This document shows positions 39,701 through 51,700 of a stretch of DNA of 64,000 nucleotides, one piece after another (positions within the stretch are counted from its first letter, which is position 1; the number at the start of each line of letters is the position of its first letter). The notes under the pieces are model-generated. The model had not been told where the DNA came from, ran no database searches, and saw only the letters and a list, made by a program, of their open reading frames with translations. The stretch covers positions 496,001 to 560,000 of the forward strand of contig JAQGDQ010002368.1 in assembly GCA_030141605.1 (NCBI GenBank), given 5' to 3'. Both the position numbers and the translations under genes were made by a program. This DNA comes from Tubiluchus corallicola. Taxonomy: Eukaryota > Animalia > Priapulida.

Positions 39701-42700
39701 GAATGATAAATTATATTTATATAATTACTGTTATCTGTCAGTTTGTCATTAATATTAGCACACCGTAAGAATAAACTGTGGTATAACTTTATGATATTCT
39801 TTTAATCAAAATAATGCTTAGCTTTATTAAATCTGACTTGTAATTTTTAGTTCTCTGGGAACTTCTTCTTAGACAGATAGAATGTAAGCACTTGAGTGTG
39901 ATATCAGAAAACCTATTTATTGAAATTGTTAAAGCATAAAGATATGATTGATTAGGGGGCTACAATTGACTATTGAGCAAAGCATAAACCCCAGTACATG
40001 TACAATAAGCACTTCAAATAGCATTTACGAATTTTTTTGCAAAGGAAGCATGTTGTTACGTTTAAGGGGAAATAAATGTTGGCTGATCTCCTTCTAGCTA
40101 AATTACACCTTTTGTAAATTATAGTGAACGTTTTTCCAAGCATGTGACCTGAGGTGGTCAATGTAATTATTCTTTTTACTTAACATTGATTACAGGTTGA
40201 CTTTCGTTGTAATTTTTAAGCGCCGTTTAGTTGTTCTATTGTGCCTCGATACATCCGTCCAAAGCTTCGCATACAAGCTTTTCCCAATTACAAATCACCT
40301 TTAGATGCTGTCTTTCTAGAGGAACTATATGCTATCTAATTTGATCTGCAAAAGTGTAAAAAGTGTAAGAATGGTATAATAAGAACTATTTATGTCAGTT
40401 AGGACATTTTTTGCTTTTACATGACACGTTTGTTTTCTTACCTGGTATTTCTTTGATCTGAACATGTAATTCTCAGTTGCAAATTGTTCACAGTCGTGTC
40501 GCTGAATGTCGTGTAACCTGAAGGCTGACAGGAATCTATATATTTTCTGGAAAATTGACAGTAAATTGTGTGAGAACTTGACCTATTGGTCGCTAACTGG
40601 GACGTAATCATCCTATTGAAGCTTATTAGAGTGAACCTGAGGCTCTCTAGTGGCAGCGTGAGACTAGTTAGTTTGGCGAGAACTTGTATTTTAAACAGCA
40701 CAAGCGCTTTATTGTTACATTTATATCATTTTATGGCATCCTTGAACATTTCTTGTCAAAGAGAAGGTGTAAACGCGATTAACAGGTAGTAAAAAACTCA
40801 TATCGTGTAGGAGAGAAACCTGTTTAGAAGTGGTTTAGAAGGTTTTATTAATCGTAACCCATCAGCAGGCTTTTGCTATTTGGTAAATTTGATAATCTCT
40901 TAATTAGTTAGTTCACCATGCTTGGTACTACCGATGTATTCATAGTATTTTACTCGTGGAACATAAGATGTTGAAATAATAGTACATTTCTAAACAGACG
41001 CTTCACGTTCTCATAAAACAGCTAAACAATAAAGCACAACGACGAGGTACTCAAACAAATACTTTTTCTTTCAAGATATAAGTAAATTTCTAAGTACAAC
41101 TGACACACCTGTAGTTGGGTACTGCATACATAATGAAGTTTTGGCACTAAAGTAAACTTACTTCAGTACTATTTTTTGAGACACAACCTTGAATACTTCT
41201 GTGTCTAGTAAACTGCATAATCATAATGTACCGTAGAGCATACCAAAATATTTAAAATCTAAATTTGCAAAAAACGAAAGGTATGTTATTGTTTAGCTGA
41301 AAGTGTCTTAATTTTCTTTTCTTTCACTTATTAAATTCTTTCACTGGCTTAGACTCCAGTTGTTTTGTTTGTTCTATTAAGTTTCTGTGAAATACATGTT
41401 TACAAAAAAATTCTCATATTCTTTCAACGTGGTCTCAACTACCTGTAGCTGAGTCTGATGTAGGAAATTACCAAAAAATGCTTTTAAATTTAAAAAAAGA
41501 GCTAAAACACAGTTCAAGGCTGTAAAAAGTAAAGACCACTTTGCTGGTACAAAAAATTCATTTCTGCATCTGCACAGAAAACTCTATAGACACACGAAAA
41601 TGTTATCTAGTTGTGAATCTTGTAATTTCTAAAGAACACGAAAGTGACTAGAAGTTAGGAATCATGCAGAGCTGGTCCCTTAAGATGTTCATGTTGATGA
41701 TGTCACGTTGGATCATCATTATGCTTTCACGGGTGATTGTTCTCTTTTTCTGAAAAGCAATTTGGTCCACCTCTAATCTGGGTAATCTGTATTTTACGTT
41801 TCACTTCCTTCAGTCCTTATTACAGTAACTTGCTGGTCTTTCTTTTATTCAATGACCAACAGATTTTTACTTCAGTAAGTTGTATTAAGTACTGTAATTT
41901 TGTTAGCTTAACATGGCACTTTAATATCTGCATGGTAACACTAATAAAATTCATCACTAATGTGGCACGTATTCAAAATATTCTACAACATGTAATTAAA
42001 AACAGACTCTGTATATTATATTAATAGTACAATCAGGTGAAGGTGAACTTCGCAAATATCTACTTGTATACTTAACTAGAGGAACAAGATGTTCGTGTTA
42101 CATATTACCGACCTGTAAATACATGTGATATCGTGCAAAGCCACGAGCTTTTTGCACATAATTTGCTCCATCTTGTTACTTATTAAATTGAAGTAAAAAT
42201 TGCTTACTTATTTATTTTCGTAGAATTTCGGTTAAGAAGTTAGACACTAAAGCTTTGAAACTTAACTGTAAGTTTCTAATATTCTTTGATTTTTTATTCA
42301 CCTGGATATTCAATATTTTAATTCTTATCCATTTACGCTAGTAAACTTGACCCAGAATACATGCTCTTGTTTTGCTTCGCTTGCCGATAAGTAAATTTCG
42401 GTTTTGGCAGTCACGCATTCTTTTTCAAAATCGGATTTTGTGTGGAGGGGCGTCATTGTGATTTTCAGTGTCGTGGATTAAAATTCATTATGGAAATCGT
42501 GTTAAGACTTCTCTATCCATTTGTTTAAATGCCAAAACACTATGCTTTTCTTGTCATGGACGACCTCTGAAAAAGCAGCATAGTGCAGGTTTAGTAATTA
42601 GTAATTGCTGTCTTAAGAGTTAGATGGTACAGGTCGTGACCATGTGTATATGGTCATACTGTAAGGTGATTACCCTCTGTAGTATTGTCTTTGACAACTT

Positions 42701-45700
42701 AATTGTCATGTAGAACCGCCATCTTGTATCATCGTCTCTAGGTGAATCAGTTTGTTATACAAATCTCATTTGTAAATCAATTTTGTTGCTTAGTTGATTT
42801 GTCAATGCATTGTATAACTAGGACGCATCGATGGTTTAAAATTCAACGCACAGCAATGGCGGAATTGGGTCTGTTTTTGTACCTTCCACAGTCTCATTTA
42901 TAATTAGCGGTTCATTAATTACACACGTTATATTGTGTGTTTTTACTCAAGCGACGCTATTTCCGGTCTAAAAGGTGACCCGATTCTAGCATATCCGGTT
43001 GATGGACGGTGCATATACACCGGCAAAATCCGATAAGTACAATTACCGTCACCTGTAGAAACAGCTCTTAAGATGGAAAGTACTGATTGTTTCTGCATAG
43101 GAAATGGCACTCAATGCAGCTGCCTGGCATTTCTTGTGCATATAAGGGGCAGTATAGCGTACCCTCACTAGAAAAGTAAATGCCCATTCACAATTCTATG
43201 CCCTTCACTAAGTAATTCATTTTTCATTTCGATACGTTGTGTGTGTTTATGTCGTTCTATATTCCTCAAATTCAGATACCTAGGACATGATAAATATTGC
43301 TAAGTTACAATATTACTACACTCGCACGTGATTCCATATATAAGCATATTATTGTTTTTAGTATCACGATCAATGAATACTCTGAAGTTATGGCATTCAA
43401 CAACTTAACCAATCTATAACATAATTACGCATTGTAATTGCAAGGATTGGTTCAGAATATCTATATCTTGTGTTCTGTATCTATTGGTGTTGGCGGCCAT
43501 GACATTGTCAGTAAAGAAAGGAATGATGAGTACTGAATAATAAGATTTAGAACATGTATAGCTGTAAAAATAATTACTGTTGTAATAGTGTTATTAAAGG
43601 GTAGGTCTAGTGTGATATGAGGGCACTTATACACTGAAAATCGCAAAAGTCTCTTTGTAAATTGCATTGAAATTGGTGAGGTATCAACATTTATATTGAA
43701 AGTATTATACTTCTGAGATGTTGCTATCGTAAATTGTGATCATAAGCAAGATGGACCAGGGCTTTTATTCAGCCTTTATTCATAGCCGTCGACTATTCCG
43801 CAAAACCAATTTTTCCTCATTTAATACATGACACTGATGAGTGTAAGTTATAGTCAGTTTCAGTTACCATACTACTTAAAATTTGCAGCTATATAATATA
43901 TACATATATGTCTTTATTTGCCATAAATTAGATTACAATTATAATCTTCTTGCTATTTGGTGTTCACTAACTCACTAATTTCTAGAGAATAGTCTAAAGC
44001 CTAGGGATAAATATATTCTTATATAGAGTAATATGATGTGTTATTTGGAATAATCCTGAGTATTATATAGGACAGAAGTTCAACCGCTGGTGATTATGTA
44101 TTTTAAAAGTCTCTTGCGTGCTGGAATCATAAATTAAATTTTTTCTCTTTAATGAAAGTGCAATTACTATTGTTGCTGTAGACACTCAAGAACATTGGAA
44201 AAGTGTTCTGAAACTCTGTGCCTGCGCCATAAACTGTAATAAACATGTCTTCGTACTGTATTTGCGGAAGTAGACTACGCATACTATATCGTGGGGGCAA
44301 ATGGACACGTTTTTTCTCGAAAATGTTTGAGCGAAAGTACGTTAAGACAGCTTCCCGCGGTTATTGGGCAGCCGGAATTACATGAACGCAAATATTAGAG
44401 GTAGAAAGTCCCGGATTAAATGCTTTGTTCGATACACGAGAAAATAGTATATCAAGATTTGCTATCTCCGGTACGAGGATACCCTGATATCTTGGTTAAT
44501 CCCATGGTTATCTTGAATAACAACAACATAATAGATTTTGAAAAGTTTAAGAATTTATCAAGGTACGGTTATTGTGTCCTCTCTGCGTGTTACTGATAGA
44601 AATCTTCGGCCGTTAAACTGTCTGGTAAATGTAGGCTGCTTCTAATCAACGTAACAGTAATTGGACCATCTTTAGCCTCGCTGTAGTTGCTAGTTTATTT
44701 GATTTCAAGATGCTTCACTTTCGTTGAATGTCACTACAATACTAAGGTAAGGTAATAAACTTATCATACTATATATAAGGCTGCATAGATAGTATGATAT
44801 CAGGATATTCATACAAATCACAAAGTAAAAAAGTATTCAGTTTAAGACAACAATTTAGAAGCTATTCAAGCTAGAATAATTTATGGTATTAGCAATGATA
44901 TTATGTGAGACAAATTAAAAATTCTACTATACCACTAATACTGTACTACGATGACGGCGACGACTATTGCTGCCGCTGCCACTTATCTACTTATCTATCG
45001 TACTTACTACAACCTATTTTATTGGAATACTTTGGGTATTATACGAATACGATCCAGTTCGATACGTGTAAATATGCTTTTGAAAATATTGAATGAAGTG
45101 TTCACCAGTTTTTTCTTCAAAGCACGTACAAAACATTTTTGTTGATATCAGACAACAGTAACTATTATTGCACTCCCACATTACCTGTAGCGACGCTGTA
45201 AAATTCATGCAGAGTGAAGCTCTCATCATTCTCTCCGTATTCTTTCACTTCCCTGTACAGTTTTGTCGTGCGACAAAAAGCTTGTTATGTATGCAAATTT
45301 ACAGTTTAATGCCCGACTTCTTTAACAAAACACTGCCGTGTCTACAGTACTTTCTTTACCATGTCTGCGTTGTGTTATCATCAGCGCTTTACTTTGTGCT
45401 TCTTAGCTGAATATTTTTCATCATGTGTTCTCATTGTTATAAGTACTTTCACCGTTTTCGCAATTGCTTTGTCCAATTTCAACCAATCAGTAAGTTTATA
45501 ATTATAGAAAAGTCGCAAAAATAAGAGAAACGTTTCGATGAAATCATTGACAATATTTCACATTAGATTTTGAGAGCAGCATAAAGTTACAATTTCAGAC
45601 TGTGTTTTTATATAAATTTTTAGCAATAATTGCTTTCTGCATGGTGTAAACAAGGTAAATGGCCTGAAGTACAAGATTAAAACTCAGATTAAAGACACAA

Positions 45701-48700
45701 ATGTCACACCTAGTAAATTACTAGTTAGCTTCCATGGCGTCACTATAGCTATTTATTTTAGGTGCAGTAGACGGCTTTATTAGGGCATTCGTTTTAATAT
45801 TTATTTAAAGGCCATTTACATTAATGTATAATTTACATACGGATGTCCGCAGTTATCTCAAGAGTCAGAACTCAAAAGGCCAAGAATGGCATATTTTGGC
45901 GTAGCTGCTACAAAGCTGCGTGGAGTTTATCCACTTGAGAAAAATACCAATATTTGATGCTTTTTAGTTTTTTTTAGTTGGGACAAGTATACTAAAGAAG
46001 ATTCAGTAAAACTGAATGTTGGTGACTAGTGAGGCCCCTGTTTTTTCCATTTGTGACTGTAACACAGCCTTCACATTTGTAAAAAGAAAAGATCACAGTC
46101 AGTGATGTGAAAGGGAATAGTGCTCAGGCCACTTCTCGGATTCTTATTATAAAGCCTGCAGCTCTGATCGTTGGTGCAAATAAACTTTCATTCCTGTACA
46201 TGTACATACTTCAGTTGAGCAGGCATCTCAAGTGCCCATATTCCTTGAAAAGAAATTAGACCACTCAAATTAAATGTAATTTTCTTCTCCATGTGCAATG
46301 ATGCAGGAAGGTGGTTTTACCTATGTTAAATGTCCGTTTCTCGATCTGTCCTGCTAAGCAATTCACTTGTGCACGCTCGTGGGGGTAAATTTGTGCTCGT
46401 TTGCTGTTTGCTCGCTAGCTATGTCCAAGGGCAGACGTGGAGATGTAGAAATTCCCATTCTTACTGTCACCTCCGCGGGTAGTAAAATATTTTGATTTAG
46501 AAAAATGTTGTGTATGTTACTGTTTTGAACGGCTTATTGAAGATATTGCAAGACGTCTCTCGCTTGCTGCTTTTGAAAACGTTGGCAACTACACTGACTA
46601 CAACAGTAATTACCAGAGGCAGCAAGAACGATAATTAGAACAAATCATCATAGCAGCAAAAGCAACAAAAACGACAACGAAAGGCAACAGCAGAGTCATG
46701 TAAACGTGTCACATATAGAAAAATATCAAATTTACCCATTTCGTCGTTATCTCGTATTAACAATCATGCGTTATCTATATTCGTGCATTCGACCACTTTC
46801 CGATTACTCTTATTTATATCACGAAACCTACTCCTACTATTACTTTTAGCACCACTACTACAGAATTTCAAGTGCCACGTTAGTATCAGAAGCAGTGGTA
46901 GAAATCCTGTGACAACAGCAGCGTTTGCGCATAGGTCCTGTACACCGTATTACAGAAAAAATAAAAAATGTATGTCGATGGGCAATGATAATTAAATTTT
47001 TCTGGACCTATATTTATGCTTGCACTTTTCATCTATGGCCTGTTATAGCATCTGGTTGTATAATCGTAAACAATTTGTAGTAATGTTACCTCCATATGTG
47101 GACATGATTCTTAAGAAACAAATCAATCTAATCTCAAGAAATATATAACTTGACATAAAACCAAAGCTCTTATTTATTATCATAGAATTTAGAAAAATAC
47201 AGGTTTTGGTCTTCATTTATCCTTATTTCAGTTTTCATTAAAGTTGATAGTTAATTATCTTAGCTGCAATAGAGCATCGCTTAAAATTAATGCAGTTACA
47301 TATTCCATTAGTTTCACTCTCTGCTGCCAGAACTTTGAAAGAGTACTACAAATTAGTCAGTCGTCTGTGTTGGATTTTTGTGAAAGGGCTTATCACTTAA
47401 TAATCATTGCTTGGGTTAGACTGGTGATTAATTAAACAAAAAATACGCCAAGCATTTGTTTCATTAATTCTTTAGCTTTGCAACAGTTTTTTGTTCAAGC
47501 CTTACAAGACACAATTCCTGACCTAATTGTGGTTCTACTGTTTTTTGCCACCGCTTTCGTACTATGTAGTGAAAGGCGGTAAAGATTCACTGGTTAAAAT
47601 GTTTTTTCGAATGACTACTTTTGAAGAACGTTAAACTAATTGCAGTGTGTCTTTTGCTTTTTGACGGTTTCCTATATTGTCGGTTAGACAGTTGCAGTCC
47701 TGAGGGCAAAGCTGTTACTGTCCCATTTTGTGACATGGAAAAGTCATTTTGACTTCTAGATGGCACCTATTGCGATAGTGATGCACATTCACTGAGTCTA
47801 TTTGTTAAAAATGTGAGTGAAATTACAACACACGTGTAACCTAGTTTAAACGCGGTTAAAAGAAATAAAATCAACATTTAAGAGTCAATTTTGCGTGATT
47901 ATCTACGAAAATATGAAAGTTTACACGCATAATTTGAAAACATTATTTTGTACACCGGGCGTCTAGATTCCCGGGGTGGGGGGGGGGGGGGGGTGAAAGA
48001 CGAAAAGTAGACAAAGAAAGAGGGAAAAGGGAATGTTACATGAATGAAAAAGCGAGCAAATAAAGAGTGACCAAATATACAAATGAAAGAAAGAATAAAT
48101 AAATAAATGTATGAAAGAAAAATGAATGGACGGGTTGATATTTAGATAGACTTATAAGAGAACGAAGAAACTCGCGAAGAGCGTGACCAGAACTTTCTAT
48201 GTCAACCGAACAAACCATTAAGTAGTGGGTTACATTTAAACCGGTTACCAAAACTCATGTTGATAATTTCAAAAACTTCTAGGTGACAGCATCTTACACG
48301 TGCTATTCGCACTGTGTCACTGACTACATTATGTGTACATTGGCTAATGAATACCTGCCCGCCCGTAAGAATACAGGGCCAATAACCGTGATGATAATTT
48401 ATGCGCATATTTGCACACACATTGTCGTCCGATTTAGACACCAACTTTATTTATTTAGTTTTGCCATAACGAAAATGGCTATATTCAAAATTTAGTAAAT
48501 GAACCAATAATTCGTAATCTTGCAATTAAAATTATGCATAATTTGTTGTACTACAAAATTTTATAATATTCTTTTATAAGTTCTTTGTAATATTTTGAAA
48601 GCTTTGAGGCACGAGTAGTTGTAAATGGTGTACAGTAATGAACTTGTTGTTAAGAAATGTTGTTGTAAAAAAGACTTGTAAACAACAAACAGAAACAACC

Positions 48701-51700
48701 TCAAGTGATGGCATTGTCACATTTCATTCTGGTTGATTTTTAGGGCGATACTCAAGAGTCACAAGTTTTGAATGTACTGTTAAATAATTTTGAAAATGGA
48801 ACAAGGTTTTCACGTTGTTTGTATTGTTTGTTTAAATGGGCTTTTCATTGGCGATGTCACATCAGCAGGCACACCTATCCCTGTATAGATAGTTTTCTTC
48901 ATTTGGTTTTTAAAGGTACGTAGAATTTTGTTTCTATGTTGCTAGTCTTTTGTTGCTCTTTTTAAAGTACGTGATGATTTATAGCTTTTCCCATTTTTGT
49001 CTAGAAATTGTCGGTGGAGTGAACTAGCAATTGTAGCATAATGAGTCTTCTTTTGGTCCTTTTTCTAATTTTTTTTGAAGAACTGTATAGGCATATGTTT
49101 GTTGTAGTTAAATGGGCAGGCAAACCGTTGTTCCAGGCTTACACTGACTTTTTTCGATTATCTGTGCAAGAGAATCAGACGTGAGAAAAATGAAACTGAT
49201 TAAGTGAAAAGCAATTAAAACAGCTTGCAAGTTTGTGGTTTCGACTTGTTTGTCCGTATTTGTATTGTGTTTGTGGCGTTGACTGGTATTTTCGCTAAAT
49301 TGTTCAGCAGATATTAAAATTAGCAGTTTTTACCTGTACTACATTACTTCAGGATTTGAATTTTTTCTGATGCTGCACTATTAGCTTTATAATGACGAGC
49401 CTTATTCACAATCACATTCACAATTGAAACCTACTATTCGTTGAGGATGACTAATGTTGCCGCTGATGATGGTAAGCTGGTGATGGTGGTATCCGTGTTG
49501 TGGTTGTTGTTTTCACCATCGCCATCCATCACTCATTGCCATCGTCATCGCCATTATTTGGTCGAATTTCTCGTCATTGTTATTGTTGTCGTCGCTTTCA
49601 TATTGTTGTTTTTTTAGTAGATAGGAAACCAGCGTCGACAACAACTTCTGCCTGAGGTTTGTGTTTGAAAACACATACCTGTAGGATAAAACTGTATTGC
49701 CCGCAGGTTTGAGTTTCAAATGATAAAACCTGAACAGGGGAGTTGCAAACTTCCAAATATTATTTCAGTACAGGAATGCATTTTGTGTAATTGAGCAGAA
49801 AAATCAGAAAAAATTATCCATACTCAAACGTTTATTTCCAGTTCTGTCACGCATGCCAACTACACCGCCTGTTATTTTTTCCCTTGCTTCCTGCGAAATT
49901 ACGATGTTTCATATTTGTGTAATTTTCAGTAATGCGCGTATTTTATCTTTGTAATGATGCATAATTACTTAATTTCAAAAATATTCATGTGGACCGCATA
50001 TTTCGTCTTTAGACAGAAGATCATTATGCTGCTAATATGATCACTTTAACTATCTTTATCTTGCACGCACATCTAAAATTAAATTGCAGTAATAATTCAA
50101 AGTTCTCATTTTGCGTCCTTCAGAAGGTAAAGAGTTACCAGTTAATCACATACTGGGGTATGTTATTTACGTTTTCTACTATAATTATTAAAGAATTTCG
50201 AGATATGCTTAAGAAAGGGAAACAGTTGTTCATTTAGCATTCAACTATTTACCGGTATGAAGACCCAGTGAAGGATAAAATAAACAACAACAAAAAATAT
50301 TAGAAGGACGTCCACAAACAAAAAAAGAGTCGAAATATACCGTACATCAGAGTCATTTGCAATATTTGCCGCCAGAGCACTGCCAGATTGCACAACTCTG
50401 GTAAGCAGATCACACTAACACTTGCGTCGTATATGAATAAAGTGTAGAAGAAATAAATTTACACACTCCTGAGATGCATTGCAATCATATGTGTTTAAAT
50501 TTAAAAAATTTCCTTATACCATATACGACACCCTAAGTTTCTCTAGAATATACACGCTTGTGCAAATTAATTGAACGACTGACAGATTTTACGGCATTTT
50601 TCCCACCTCTCATGGTATTTTCCAGCCATGAACTGCGACTTGCAGATTATGAAATCCCCTTAACAGCATTTCTGACATGAATTGGCCTAATTTTGCCTAT
50701 TGTTATGCGAAAGTCGTTCCCTATGTTCCATGGGGAACGTCGCCAGAAATTTCTTGAAAAATGAGACCGCTAAAGTTTACTGACACGGCACCTCTTCGGA
50801 TTTAAGCCCAGTTGAAAACTTGTGGTTGATTGTCAAGCTGCGCCTGCGAGAACAGAGTGTATCGCCAGGCAGAAGCTGATAGATGTCATCATCCAGCTGT
50901 GGTACCATGTCGCTCAGATTTTTTTGTGAATTCCATGCCGAAACGAAATTATATTCCGAAAATTATCAGAGTGATTAAAATGAGTGTTTTGAATTATAAG
51001 AAAACAACGCATTTTCATTCATTTTTATGCATTGGTTCACTTAATTTACACAAGGGTGTATTTGTCTAAATTAACTCAGAGTGAACAACAATAGAAGGTA
51101 CAACAGTAAATTTTGAAAAGAAGGGATTTAACATTAGCAGAACAGTTACTAAACTTCCTTATTAAAGTATTAATGCAGACATAGAACAACTGCGTTATAT
51201 ATTACAGAATTGCACCAGGTGGCTTGGAGAAACTACCGAATTTCAGATCAAATAATTTCACTACTGTTTCACACTACAAAGTTTAAACAGAAGAGTGAGT
51301 TAACACACAACGGCATTGGGCCACGACATGTAACAGATATCAGATAAGTGCAACATTATGAATCACATGTGTTGTGTGATTTATATTTGTATCAAAATTG
51401 TATTTTTTATGCACATGGTAACAAATATGTGTCCGATAGTTCATGCCGTTATGCGTTCTGTGCTTCTAGTTGAAGCCTATATCAATCCTGAAGACTATCT
51501 TCTCTTTAGCTGTAAATTGAACTAATTTTTAATGTCACATTGCAAGCGAATGTCTCAAATTGAAATTGAATTCTCAAAATTTGTAGACTAGAAATTCCCC
51601 TAAACGTTTTTTGTTTGTTTGTCTGCTTGCTTGCTTGTTTGATATTTATGTCTGCCAGAAAGCACAATATCGGTGTTGGATAGGTTAGGGTCGTTCTACG

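Noticed and set aside
43834-43865. CTGATGAG hammerhead-ribozyme core
   Set aside because: No downstream stem II with GAAA and no flanking helices.
46052-46115. ATCACAG (miR-2 seed) with two interleaved complementary stems suggesting a pseudoknot
   Set aside because: The arms are in the wrong order for a pre-miRNA and the 2-nt third loop is implausibly short; likely chance.
49440-49720. Minus-strand ORF with NNNN/DD runs as a nested gene exon
   Set aside because: Degenerate trinucleotide low-complexity sequence with no domain or convincing splice context.
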